From a virus (lineage: Duplodnaviria > Caudoviricetes), in the IMG/VR virus record IMGVR_UViG_3300012940_000003, positions 1 through 55,293 of that record: a DNA stretch of 55,293 nucleotides; one strand, 5' to 3'. The position numbers and the translations under genes were made by a program. The notes below the pieces were generated by a model. That model had not been told where the DNA came from, did no database searches, and saw only the letters and a program-made list of their open reading frames with translations. Positions 1-8,680 of this stretch are shown here, piece after piece. Every line of letters starts with the position of its first letter. Position 1 is the stretch's first letter.

Positions 1-123
1 TGCCGTCGAGCGCGGCCAGCGTGCGGCACTCGCTGATCGGGATCGGGTTCTCGTGACCGTCCGCGCCGCAGCCCACGCAGTTGCCGTCCGAGTCGGGGCT
101 GTGCTCCGCCCGCACGCGGGCAA
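1..123. repeat. 123-bp direct terminal repeat, copy 1 (circular assembly overlap)
   Basis: 1-123 is identical to 55171-55293. Confidence 0.97.
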
Positions 124-454
124 ACGCGGCGCGGGCCTCGTCGCGCTGCTGCATCGCGATCTCGTAGGCGGCGGTCACCTCACGGACGTGCTCCTCCGCC
201 CGGTCGGCGCGCTGGTGTTCGTTCGTGCCGTACTTGAGCTGCGCGTTCCGGTCCCGGCGCATCGCGTCCAGCTCGGCTTCGAGCTGGCGGCGCAGATCGT
301 CGCGGAGTCCTTCGAGATCACGCGTCCAGGGCTCGATGACGCGGTCCATGAGGGCGGCGGTGCTGGACTCGATGGTGGCGATGGCCACCTGATCGTCCAT
401 CCAGCCGCAGAGCACGTCGGTGATCGCGGCCCGGATCTCGTCGGCCCCCGACAT
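1..454 (-). CDS. Hypothetical coiled-coil/Cys-containing protein spanning the circular junction (continues 55170-55154)
   Basis: ATG at 454 overlaps the upstream stop (TGATG). Reads MSGADEIRAAITDVL...EHSPDSDGNCVGCG...ECRTLAALDGTGGGA* across the junction; absent from the ORF track. Confidence 0.8.
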   Translation of the reverse strand, partial: MSGADEIRAAITDVLCGWMDDQVAIATIESSTAALMDRVIEPWTRDLEGLRDDLRRQLEAELDAMRRDRNAQLKYGTNEHQRADRAEEHVREVTAAYEIAMQQRDEARAAFARVRAEHSPDSDGNCVGCGADGHENPIPISECRTLAALDG

Positions 455-897
455 CACGCACCCCCGTCCACGGCCGGGGCGAGGACCGGGTGGCAGCGCC
501 ACTCGACCGTCTCCACCGTGTGCGTCTCCGTCACCGTCGGCACCTCGGCCAACGCCTCCGGATCCGGCACCTCCACCGTCACCTCACGCCGGTCCACCAC
601 GACCCGCTCACACACCTGCTCACGGAACGCGACGAGCTTGACCTCCAGACCGCGCAGGTAACCCGCCAGCTCGAAGTACGTCTCGGCGTAGTCGCTACTC
701 GCAGGGTCGTTCTTGGCCAGCGAGATCGGCATGGCGCGTACGGCATCAGCCAGCGCGGTCCGCGGATCGTCGTCGAATAGGAAGTGGAAGTTGATCGCGC
801 TGATGCGGCCTTCAACCGGCAGCGGCAGCTCGTCGTGCGCTTCCAGCAGGTCGGCCAGCTGGCGGAGCCCGGCGATGTACTCGGCGCGGTCCGTCAT
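454..897 (-). CDS. Hypothetical phage protein
   Basis: MTDRAEYIAGLRQLADLL...; ATGA-coupled to the GDPD stop. Confidence 0.8.
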   Translation of the reverse strand: MTDRAEYIAGLRQLADLLEAHDELPLPVEGRISAINFHFLFDDDPRTALADAVRAMPISLAKNDPASSDYAETYFELAGYLRGLEVKLVAFREQVCERVVVDRREVTVEVPDPEALAEVPTVTETHTVETVEWRCHPVLAPAVDGGA

Positions 898-1766
898 GCC
901 GCACCCCCGATCGCGGCCTTGACCACCGCCGGATCGGCGCCGGTGATGATCCCATCCACGCCGGCCGCCGCCAGCCGTGGCCACGCCGTCGGGTCGTCGA
1001 CGGTCCACGCGTAGACGTCGACGCCGTGCGCGTGCTCGGTCGCGACCCCGGCCGCGGTGACCTTGCCGTACGGGACCGCGATGCCCGCGTACGCCCACGT
1101 CCAGGTCGCAGTCGTCGCGTACGACAGGAGCCGCACCGCGCGCCAGCCGGAGCGCTTCGCCGTCCACACCGCCGCCGAGTTGAACGACTGCACGGTGATC
1201 CGGCTGCGGGACAGTCCGGATGCCTTGGCCTTCGCGTTGAACCGGGCCATCTGCGTCTTCGACGGCGCGGTCTTCAGCTCGACCAGCGCCCGGCCGCCCG
1301 CCGCCCGCACAGCGGCCAGGGCCTGCGCGAGCGTGGGCGGGTGGCCACCGTCGTCCGTACGCAGCTTCGTGAACTGGCCAGTCGTCATCGAGCTGACCCG
1401 GCCGGCGCCGCGGGTCGTACGGTCGACCGTCGCGTCGTGCATCACGACCGGCCAGCCGGTGCGGGTGAACCGGACGTCCATCTCGACGGCGTCGGCGCCG
1501 CGCGCCAGGCCGGCGCGGAACGCGCACGTCGTGTTCTCCGTGCATCCCGACCCGGTGTAGCCACGGTGCTCGATGACGGCCGGCGCGGTGGCGGCGGCCG
1601 GGTGGGCGTCGAGGATCATCGGCTGGTCGGACACGATCGCGACGGTGCCGAGCGCGACGGCGACCAGCGTCTCGACCCAGAGGGTGACGGCGCGGCGCGC
1701 GACAGCGCTAGTGAAGGGGCGGGGGGTTCGAACTCTGCGCGCGTGCCGCGCGCGATGGGCCTGCAT
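894..1766 (-). CDS. Glycerophosphodiester phosphodiesterase (GDPD/GlpQ-like), probably exported or membrane-anchored
   Basis: HRG..ENT, EMDV, HD.TVDRTT, VELK, QSF, WTVDD and GVDGIIT motifs; basic then hydrophobic N-terminus; start uncertain. Confidence 0.88.
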   Translation of the reverse strand: MQAHRARHARRVRTPRPFTSAVARRAVTLWVETLVAVALGTVAIVSDQPMILDAHPAAATAPAVIEHRGYTGSGCTENTTCAFRAGLARGADAVEMDVRFTRTGWPVVMHDATVDRTTRGAGRVSSMTTGQFTKLRTDDGGHPPTLAQALAAVRAAGGRALVELKTAPSKTQMARFNAKAKASGLSRSRITVQSFNSAAVWTAKRSGWRAVRLLSYATTATWTWAYAGIAVPYGKVTAAGVATEHAHGVDVYAWTVDDPTAWPRLAAAGVDGIITGADPAVVKAAIGGAA

Positions 1767-1923
1767 CTGGGGGTCTCCTGGGGGTCTCGACCCTCTCCCG
1801 GGAGAAAACCGGGAGTGGATCTTGTGTGTGAGACGCCCTCAGAAGGCGTGAGGCTCGGTCAGACTCTGCGTCTGTACTGGTCAAACAGTCGCCGCCGCTG
1901 GTCGTGGATCTGCGGCGACTCGG

Positions 1924-1968
1924 TTTGCAAGCAGGGGGTCAGGGGTTCGAATCCCCTTGCCTCCACCA
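1924..1968 (+). mobile_element. attP core = 3' half of tRNA-Ala(TGC)
   Basis: TTTGCAA anticodon loop, AGGGG-TTCGAAT-CCCCT T-arm, GCCTCC-A-CCA acceptor end; no 5' half; lies just downstream of the integrase. Confidence 0.9.
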
Positions 1969-2102
1969 GGCCAAACGGCCAAACGAGGACGTCTCTATGT
2001 GGTTGTGGGGAGAAGGTTCGGGAGAACTTTCTTCGTCAGCGTCTACGACGCGCGGCGTGTCCGCAACGGGCTACCCGCCCGGATGGCCGGGTCCGGCCAC
2101 GC

Positions 2103-3590
2103 TCATGCTGTCCGTACGGCTCTCAGTGTGCACCGCCGCCGATGCTCGGCAAGCAGATTGTCCAGAATAGACACCGCGCTGTGCGCGCTGATCCGCGCCC
2201 GGGCGGCGAGCGCGTCCTCCCACCGCCGCTGCAACGCCTCCACCGCCTTCGCCCGCATGGCGTCGGTGATGTGGGTGTACATCATCCCCACATCCCCTCC
2301 ACCGCGCAGCGAGTGGCCCATGCGCGCGTACTGCAACTTCGGGTCGATCTCGTCCTCAGCCATCCACGTCTTATGGCTGTGCCGCAGCCCATGGACATCC
2401 AGGCCCGGCCGGACCGGCACCCAACTCGCCACCGGAACATCCTCCGGGACACGCACGATCCCGCGCCCGGACGGCGGCGTGTACGGCTGCCCGGGTTCGG
2501 CGGCCGGCCACGCCTGGATTAGCCGCCCCGGGAACGGGACCGTGGCGTCGGCGAGGACGGGGCGCGCTGGCCACGGGTCCTTCCCGCCCCGGCCGGGGTA
2601 CCAGCCCTCGACCGCCGGGTGCCAGACCCGACGGTCGAAGTTGCTGCGCCGCGGATGCGCGCCGCCTGGTGTCGTGAACAGGTAGGTGTCGCCCTCGCAC
2701 AGCGGCCGCGCGGGTGATGCGCTGCCGGGCGTGCAGCGGCAGCGGCGCGCCCGCGCCTCCTGCGCCGTGAGCAGCTCGCCGAGGAACGGCGGCACGTCCA
2801 GGGCCATCGTGATCTCGTCGCTGCGGTAGGAGTCGTCCTTCGGCGCCTCGCGCAGGAACCGGCCGTTGAGTTCGTGGATCTGCCGTTCGATCCGTAGTCG
2901 CCGGTTCCGGTGGTCGGCGGGGGTGAGGCCGAGGGACTCGCCCCAGCGCAGCGCCGACCAGGCGATCGTGATGACTTGGATGAACTCGTCATCCCGGCCG
3001 GTCAGGGCGGCGGCGCGTTCGGCGATCAGGAGCGTCTGGAGTGGGGTTGCCCAGATCTTGCGGGGCTGGCGTCCGGGGATGCGGCCGGCGACGCGGCCGC
3101 GGCGGCGCCTGCGGGCGGCGGGGTTGGCAGGGATGAGGCCGGCGTCGACGGCGTCGGAGCAGACGGTGTGCAGGGTGGCGCGGATGCCGGCGATGGTGTG
3201 CTCGGCGTATCCGTCGCGGCGCAGCGCGGTCTCGAACGCGGTGATGTCGAACGCGGTGATGCTGGCGAACTCCCGGTCCGTGCCGAAGAACGGGAGGATG
3301 TGCAGTTCGAGGGCGCCGCGGTAGTAGTCCATGGTGGCGGGGGCGAGGTCTTGGGCGGGCCACCAGCGGTCGTTGATGAACGCACCGAGCTGGGTGGGCG
3401 CGCTCGGGGCTGTGGTGTTGCGCTGTTCGGCTTCTGCGAGGTCGGCGGCCTGCTTCGCGTTGCGCTTGCGGGCGTAGCGGATGGTGCGGCCGTGGTCGTC
3501 ACACACGGTGCCGTACCGGCCCGTGGCGATCTTGTAGCGGCCGCGGTAATAGTCGCCGCCGCGTCCGTGGCGTAGCTCGGCGTATCCCAT
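2103..3590 (-). CDS. int: Tyrosine integrase
   Basis: LRWGE (Arg), HGLRH, MGH and MYTH catalytic motifs; N-terminal arm-binding and core-binding regions; adjacent to tRNA-derived att. Confidence 0.95.
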   Translation of the reverse strand: MGYAELRHGRGGDYYRGRYKIATGRYGTVCDDHGRTIRYARKRNAKQAADLAEAEQRNTTAPSAPTQLGAFINDRWWPAQDLAPATMDYYRGALELHILPFFGTDREFASITAFDITAFETALRRDGYAEHTIAGIRATLHTVCSDAVDAGLIPANPAARRRRRGRVAGRIPGRQPRKIWATPLQTLLIAERAAALTGRDDEFIQVITIAWSALRWGESLGLTPADHRNRRLRIERQIHELNGRFLREAPKDDSYRSDEITMALDVPPFLGELLTAQEARARRCRCTPGSASPARPLCEGDTYLFTTPGGAHPRRSNFDRRVWHPAVEGWYPGRGGKDPWPARPVLADATVPFPGRLIQAWPAAEPGQPYTPPSGRGIVRVPEDVPVASWVPVRPGLDVHGLRHSHKTWMAEDEIDPKLQYARMGHSLRGGGDVGMMYTHITDAMRAKAVEALQRRWEDALAARARISAHSAVSILDNLLAEHRRRCTLRAVRTA

Positions 3591-3665
3591 GGCTGTCTCC
3601 CCGTTCGTGGTCAAAAGAATGAGGGCGGCCGCCGGGGTCCAGAGCGGGCCGTCCTCGGTCTCTTG

Positions 3666-4205
3666 CTAGATGCACACCTTGATGCCGAGCACGCTGATGC
3701 ACGGCGGCCCTGGTCCGGTCTGGTCGCTCGCGGGGGGCGGCTCGTCCGGCTGTTGCGTGGTCGGCCGGTCCGTCGGTGGTGCTACGCCGGGGGCCGGGGT
3801 GTCCGACGCGGGCGGTGCCGCGCCGGTCGGTGTGCTGTCCGACGGCGGAGCGTCCGGCGTCCCGGTCGGGACCGTGGGCTCCGCCGTCGGTGTTGTTGGT
3901 TCCAGTGTCGGTGATGCGCTGGGTGTCGGCGTCGGCCTGGCGGCGGACGTGTCCGTCGGCCTGGGGGTTGCCGACGGGCGTCCGCGAGGGGGCGGCCTGG
4001 TCGGGCTCCGGGCTGACGGGTCGGTTGGCTGGCCGGTGCCGGTGCTCGGTACGGGTACGGGCACCGTCTCCGGCGGGCCGAGCCGCTGCTCTAGCGTGCC
4101 GCCGATGATCACTCCGGCGCCGACTGCTGCCCCGACCACCATGCTCGCCACCGTCCCGGCGGCCAGAGGTTGTGCCGTCATCCATCGGCCGAGCGTGGCG
4201 ATCAC
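3666..4205 (-). CDS. Membrane protein with Pro/Thr-rich tail (true start probably further upstream)
   Basis: Hydrophobic segment followed by a PT-rich region; frame is open up to 4436. Confidence 0.7.
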   Translation of the reverse strand: MIATLGRWMTAQPLAAGTVASMVVGAAVGAGVIIGGTLEQRLGPPETVPVPVPSTGTGQPTDPSARSPTRPPPRGRPSATPRPTDTSAARPTPTPSASPTLEPTTPTAEPTVPTGTPDAPPSDSTPTGAAPPASDTPAPGVAPPTDRPTTQQPDEPPPASDQTGPGPPCISVLGIKVCI

Positions 4206-4899
4206 GCTGGTGATGACGCCGATGGCGCCGCCCTTGATGAGGGTGAGCGCGGCGCGGCGCCGTCGCGCCTCAGCGTCGGTGACGTACCCGAGGCCCCGTT
4301 CGAGCTGGTCTGCTTCCGCGTTGGCTTCTCCCGCGACCCTGCTGGCCTCCCCTGCGACTTGGCGTAGCCGCTGGATGGCGGCTCTGGCTTGTTCCCGTGG
4401 GTCTTGCTCGGTCGTTGATCTCGACCCCCCTCCTCGTCATCCCCACCCTCCTGACTCGCTGGTTTACCGACGGAATGTCAGCCATTTACTTGCACGATGC
4501 AGGAGTTTGCTCCGATGGGCAGCGTGATCACCAGGGTTACGGCACGACCGGATTCGGCCGTGATCCCCCGTAAACCCTGCTCGTCGCCTTGCGGCGGCGC
4601 GCGCACGGGCCGCGCCCAGCGCGGCGCGACCCGTCCATATCCCTTACGCCGTAGGCGGTTCACCGGTCTCCTGCTGATCGAGTGGTGATGTGAGAGGCGC
4701 CGCGCCCCGTGGCGGCGGGTGCGCGGCGCTGTATCGCGCGGGGCCGGTGCGGCCGGACGCGGGGGGTTGGTCCGGCCGCGCGGCGGGTGGGGATCCCGCA
4801 TGCCGGCCCCGAGCGAGGCACGGCGGCTCCGCGCTGTGTTCACCCCGCGGTTCGTTCGTGACGCGAAACCCGGAGATTGCGCGGGCCGCCGCGCCGGTC

Positions 4900-5082
4900 C
4901 TACTTCTTCTTCTTGCGCTTCCCGCCGACGAAGAACGTCGTGGACTTGCTCGACCCTGCCGGCTCGGTCCGCCGCACCACGTGCGAACACTCGGGATTCG
5001 TGCATTCCTCGGTGATCAGGTACGACCCGTTGCCTTGCCGGACACGGGAGCGCGCCCCGTAATGGTGCTGCTTGCAGGTCAT
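4900..5082 (-). CDS. Small basic Cys/His protein
   Basis: 60 aa, C..HH and CTNPEC motifs, KRKKKK tail; just downstream of DUF397. Confidence 0.55.
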   Translation of the reverse strand: MTCKQHHYGARSRVRQGNGSYLITEECTNPECSHVVRRTEPAGSSKSTTFFVGGKRKKKK

Positions 5083-5089
5083 CCCAGTG

Positions 5090-5365
5090 TCAGACTTCCG
5101 CCGCGTCGCTGCCGTGCGGCAGGAGATCGTCGAAGTCCCCAGCCTTCACTCCGAGGATGAACGCCTCGATCTCGGCAGGCGTGAAACGCAACTGCGCGCC
5201 GTCGGGGAAGCGGCTGTTCCGGACGCACACCCCATCGCCGGCGCGGGCCAGCTCGACAGAGTTGCGGTTGTTGCCCTCGACGTCGGAGCGCCGCCAGCGC
5301 AGCTCGACACAGTTCCCGTCCCCCGCGCTGAACGATGACTTCTTCCACCCGTCGGTCATCCCCAT
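5090..5365 (-). CDS. DUF397 family protein (duplicated N-terminal motif)
   Basis: WKKSSFS..GNCVEL, RWRRS..NSVELA, VRNS and LRFTPAEIEAFILGVKAGDFD. Confidence 0.9.
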   Translation of the reverse strand: MGMTDGWKKSSFSAGDGNCVELRWRRSDVEGNNRNSVELARAGDGVCVRNSRFPDGAQLRFTPAEIEAFILGVKAGDFDDLLPHGSDAAEV

Positions 5366-5637
5366 CTCCTCACCTCGTGGAATTCGCGGGCGCGTATCGT
5401 CGCGCCGAGCTCGTTACTGCGACACTTCGCGGCGAGAACCCGCCACGGCTGCTCTTCGTCCATGTCAACGGTCACGTCGTCGACGCCGTCCGGCTCCCTG
5501 CTGCTGCGGGGATTCGTGCGGTGCCGCGCCTGGATCGATCCGCCGAGGGTCTGCCGTATCCACCACTTCGGCAGGTCGAGTTCGGCGGGTGGCTCCCACC
5601 ACGGGCCGTCCGCGTCCTGGTGCGCGGGCTCATCCAT
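5356..5637 (-). CDS. Hypothetical protein
   Basis: ORF overlapping both neighbours in the leftward operon. Confidence 0.45.
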   Translation of the reverse strand: MDEPAHQDADGPWWEPPAELDLPKWWIRQTLGGSIQARHRTNPRSSREPDGVDDVTVDMDEEQPWRVLAAKCRSNELGATIRAREFHEVRRWG

Positions 5638-5962
5638 GACGGACCACCGCAAGGCCGACCGACGCAGGGACAGAGTCACCCGGTACGTAGACCTGGCCGT
5701 CGAACGGCACCTCGCCAGCGTCGCGCATCTCCTGGCGTAGCCGGTCCTGCTCGGCGATGGCGCGGCCGAGCAGCAGGAGGTCCGCCTGGTAGACGACGGT
5801 CCGCAGGCCGCGCTGCAGCTGCTCGTACGTGAACGTCGGCGGCTTGAACGCCTCGGCCGCAGGCCGCGCCGACCAGTACCTGCCGGTCGTCGCGTTCCCG
5901 TCGGGGGTGATCTGCCACCCGCTGCACCGGGCCTGCATCTCGTCGATCGTGGCGTCCGCCAT
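5630..5962 (-). CDS. Hypothetical protein
   Basis: MADATIDEMQARCSGWQI...YWSA; GC-rich third positions. Confidence 0.6.
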   Translation of the reverse strand: MADATIDEMQARCSGWQITPDGNATTGRYWSARPAAEAFKPPTFTYEQLQRGLRTVVYQADLLLLGRAIAEQDRLRQEMRDAGEVPFDGQVYVPGDSVPASVGLAVVRHG

Positions 5963-6098
5963 CGCGCTCACCTGCCGCCCCTGCATTGGCCGCTGTGGTC
6001 GCGATGACGCTATGACGTGCAAAGATCGCAGCTCAATGGCGTTTCTCGCCTGTTCGAGAAACTTTGCGAAACGAACGTTCCACGAGAAATTCGGAGAA

Positions 6099-6944
6099 TC
6101 ACTCCGGCGACTCGTCGAGCTTGACCAGCGCCTCGGTGAGGATCCGACGCGCCGGCGCCCCGTACACCGCCGACCCTGCGTACGCCTCGAATGCCCGGAC
6201 GTACGTGGCGATCTCGTCAGGCTGAGTCAGCGTCACGTCTGCGGCGATCGTCTCGACGACCACCGTGGTGTCGTCGTAGATCCAGAACGCGTGCGCCGGC
6301 GACAGCCGCCAGGTCGCGCTGAACGGCACGATCCCGAGCCGCACCTGCCGGGCGGCGGTGAGCATGCCGAGCCGGTCGATCTGCGCGGCCATCACGTCCA
6401 CCGTCGCGACACGGTGCCACAGCACGGCCTCGCTGACCACGACGTGGAACCGGCGGTGGCTGTCGTAGAGGATCGACTGCCGTGCCATGCGCTGCGCGAC
6501 GGCGGCGTCGAGATCGTCGGCGCCGTCGTTGAAGTCGATGGCCTCGGAGAGCAGGGAGCGCGCATAGTCAGGGGTCTGGAGCAGCCCGGGGACGACGGCC
6601 GTCTCGACGACGCGGAACGTCTCGGTGCCCGCTTCGAGGTCGCCGAGGACGATCTGCACGCTGCGGGCGCCGAGACGGTACCGGTCCCGGTATTCGCTGT
6701 ACAGGGACTTCAGGTCGGCCAGCCGGTCGACCAGGTCGGCCACGGTGTGGCCTTCGTCGAGGGCTTTGCACCAGGCTTCGATGTCGTCGCGGGTCGGGGT
6801 CTGCTGGCCATTCTCCAGCTTGGACACCTTGGATGGCGGCCACTTCAGCTTGGCGGCGAGCGCTCGGTTGGTGAGGCGGGCGTCCTTGCGGAGCTGGCGG
6901 AGGCGGTGGCCGAGCGCTTCGCGCTGTCGCTGGACGCTGGACAC
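6099..6944 (-). CDS. XRE-family HTH regulator with DUF5753 domain (WhiJ/Scr1-like)
   Basis: ALGHRLRQLR...SKVSKLENG HTH; VPGLLQTPDYAR, RMARQ.IL and SEAVL motifs. Confidence 0.92.
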   Translation of the reverse strand: MSSVQRQREALGHRLRQLRKDARLTNRALAAKLKWPPSKVSKLENGQQTPTRDDIEAWCKALDEGHTVADLVDRLADLKSLYSEYRDRYRLGARSVQIVLGDLEAGTETFRVVETAVVPGLLQTPDYARSLLSEAIDFNDGADDLDAAVAQRMARQSILYDSHRRFHVVVSEAVLWHRVATVDVMAAQIDRLGMLTAARQVRLGIVPFSATWRLSPAHAFWIYDDTTVVVETIAADVTLTQPDEIATYVRAFEAYAGSAVYGAPARRILTEALVKLDESPE

Positions 6945-6952
6945 GGGTTGCC

Positions 6953-7480
6953 TTACTTGAAGTGGTGGGAGAACGCGTCGTACGGGGTGGCGCGCTGCCA
7001 CGCGAGGTCGGCCCACGCCTGGTGCCGAGCGACCTCGGCGGGGTTGTCGGTGAGGTCGTGGGCGGTCGGCATCCCGGTGTCGTCGAAGTGCATGATCAGG
7101 ACGCGGTCGTCGTCCAGCAGCCAGAAGTCGTGCTCGGGCAGGCCGGCTGCATCGGCGCGGGACATGTAGTGGATCTCCTCGCCGGCCGCGTGGCTGGCCG
7201 GTACGGCGGCGGCCTCGAACCTGACGTAGTCGGTGGGCGGGAGGGTGACGACACGGGCGCGCCGTACGGCGCGCCCGCTGCTCGTCAGCTCGCGCATCAG
7301 GTCGAGCCAGTCGTCGAGTCCCTCCGTGGGGTCGGCTTCGCCGCGCAGCCATCGTTCGAACACCTCGACGTCGTCGTCAACGTCGACGAGGTAGCTGTCG
7401 AGCTGCTCGAACTTGAACGCCAGGCTTCGCGCGGTGGCGACGAGCTGGAGAACGTCGTCAGGGGCGACGGTGCGCCTCAC
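6953..7480 (-). CDS. DUF6879 family protein
   Basis: AFKFEQLDSY, RRARVV..P.TDYVRFE, AGEEIHY and DFWLLDD motifs. Confidence 0.85.
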   Translation of the reverse strand: MRRTVAPDDVLQLVATARSLAFKFEQLDSYLVDVDDDVEVFERWLRGEADPTEGLDDWLDLMRELTSSGRAVRRARVVTLPPTDYVRFEAAAVPASHAAGEEIHYMSRADAAGLPEHDFWLLDDDRVLIMHFDDTGMPTAHDLTDNPAEVARHQAWADLAWQRATPYDAFSHHFK

Positions 7481-7734
7481 TGGCCGCCCCGGAGCCAGCG
7501 GGTCAGGCGGCGCAGCGGGGACCGGTGGCGGCGGTACATTTCGAGGATCTCCTCTGGGACCTCGACGACCGTCTCGTTCGGGGCGCAGCGGCGGATGTCG
7601 GCTTGCGCGTCGGGGTCTGTGATCAGCCAGCCCTGGACGCCCCAGGTACTTCTGTCGGCGCGGTCGGTCTTGTATAGGGCGGGGCTGTTCCCGGAACGGG
7701 AGTTGGGGTCGCTGCCGATCCACGTGAGTCGCAT
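7477..7734 (-). CDS. Small protein of the type that precedes DUF6879 genes
   Basis: MRLTWIG...SPALY.TD...VQGW...ETVVEVP; GTGA-coupled to DUF6879. Confidence 0.8.
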   Translation of the reverse strand: MRLTWIGSDPNSRSGNSPALYKTDRADRSTWGVQGWLITDPDAQADIRRCAPNETVVEVPEEILEMYRRHRSPLRRLTRWLRGGQ

Positions 7735-7805
7735 GTTTCGCGTACCTCCGGGGGTTTCGCGGTGTTTCTCGCGATCGTGTTCCCGGTCGTGGTTGGTGTC
7801 AAGGG

Positions 7806-8189
7806 TCAGGCGGTCTCGCCGCGGTCGCCACGTAGCTGGCGGAGTTCCTCGCGGAGTCGTTCGAGCTCGTCGGCGGCGCGGTTGGCGATGGCCTCGGCGT
7901 GGGCGAGCCGTTCGTCGCGGTCCGCTGGCACGTCCGTCTGATCGTCGTCCGGTACCCACAGGCCGAGGTTGCGGCGGACCTCAATGAGGTCCATGCCGAA
8001 GAGGCGGGAGATGTCCTGGGCGCGGTCGTCGTCGAGGCCGGACTTGCCGGACTCCCAGTTGTAGACGGTCTGTGGAAGGACGTCGAGGCGCGCGGCGATC
8101 TCGCGTGCGGTGAGGTTGCGTCGCTCGCGCTGGGCTTTGAGCCATCGGCCAGCCGCGGCGAGGACTTCCCTGCGGTCCTTCTCCTCCAC
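7806..8189 (-). CDS. Immunity repressor candidate (XRE HTH, cI-like)
   Basis: GRWLKAQRERRNLTAREIA..LDVLPQTVYNWESG; divergent from a cro-like gene. Confidence 0.85.
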   Translation of the reverse strand: MEEKDRREVLAAAGRWLKAQRERRNLTAREIAARLDVLPQTVYNWESGKSGLDDDRAQDISRLFGMDLIEVRRNLGLWVPDDDQTDVPADRDERLAHAEAIANRAADELERLREELRQLRGDRGETA

Positions 8190-8297
8190 GGAGTCATCGT
8201 CTGATCGCAAAGTGTCGCTTGTCAAGCGACACAAGTCTTACGGGCAAAGAGTCGCATACCTATTGACACTAGTCGCGCGTCGACAGACACTGATCGC
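8190..8297. promoter_or_regulatory. Divergent promoters and operator of the lysis/lysogeny switch
   Basis: TTGACA on both strands (8263-8268 +; 8225-8220 -); 21-bp palindrome GTGTCGCTTG-T-CAAGCGACAC at 8212-8232. Confidence 0.8.
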
Positions 8298-8555
8298 GTG
8301 AACGACGACATCCGAGTCCGGTGGGGGGAGCGGATGCGCTGCCTTCGTAAGGAACGCCGCATGTCGCTGCGGGCCATCACCTCCGCAGCCGAGATCAGCA
8401 AGGCGTTCTACTGCCGGATCGAGGCGGGGGAGGTGGGCGCCAGCGACGACGTACGGATCCGCATCGCGCGAGCCTTCGGGGTCCGAGTCGAGGACATCTG
8501 GGCCTACCCCGACACCAGCGAGCCGGAGACGGCCACGGCCAGGGAGGCGTCCTGA
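8298..8555 (+). CDS. Cro-like XRE HTH protein
   Basis: LRKERRMSLRAI..AAEISKAFYCRIEAG; first gene of the rightward early operon. Confidence 0.85.
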   Translation: MNDDIRVRWGERMRCLRKERRMSLRAITSAAEISKAFYCRIEAGEVGASDDVRIRIARAFGVRVEDIWAYPDTSEPETATAREAS

Positions 8556-8680
8556 TGCCGCCCTGCGGAGAGTGCGGCGGCTCCGGCCGGGTCAGCGCCA
8601 ACGGCCACCCGGTGCCCTGCCCCTGCTGCCAGGGCACCGGAACGGTCGGCACGACCGGCCGCCCGGGTGGTGACCGGTGA
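8555..8680 (+). CDS. 41-aa zinc-finger miniprotein with two CxxCxGxG motifs
   Basis: MPPCGECGGSG...CPCCQGTG; coupled to both neighbours. Confidence 0.6.
   Translation: MPPCGECGGSGRVSANGHPVPCPCCQGTGTVGTTGRPGGDR

Noticed and set aside
1895-1968. Complete tRNA gene
   Set aside because: No D-arm or 5' acceptor strand upstream; only the 3' half (att core) is present
4480-4895. ncRNA or gene in the GC-rich gap
   Set aside because: No convincing ORF, RBS or recognisable RNA structure by eye
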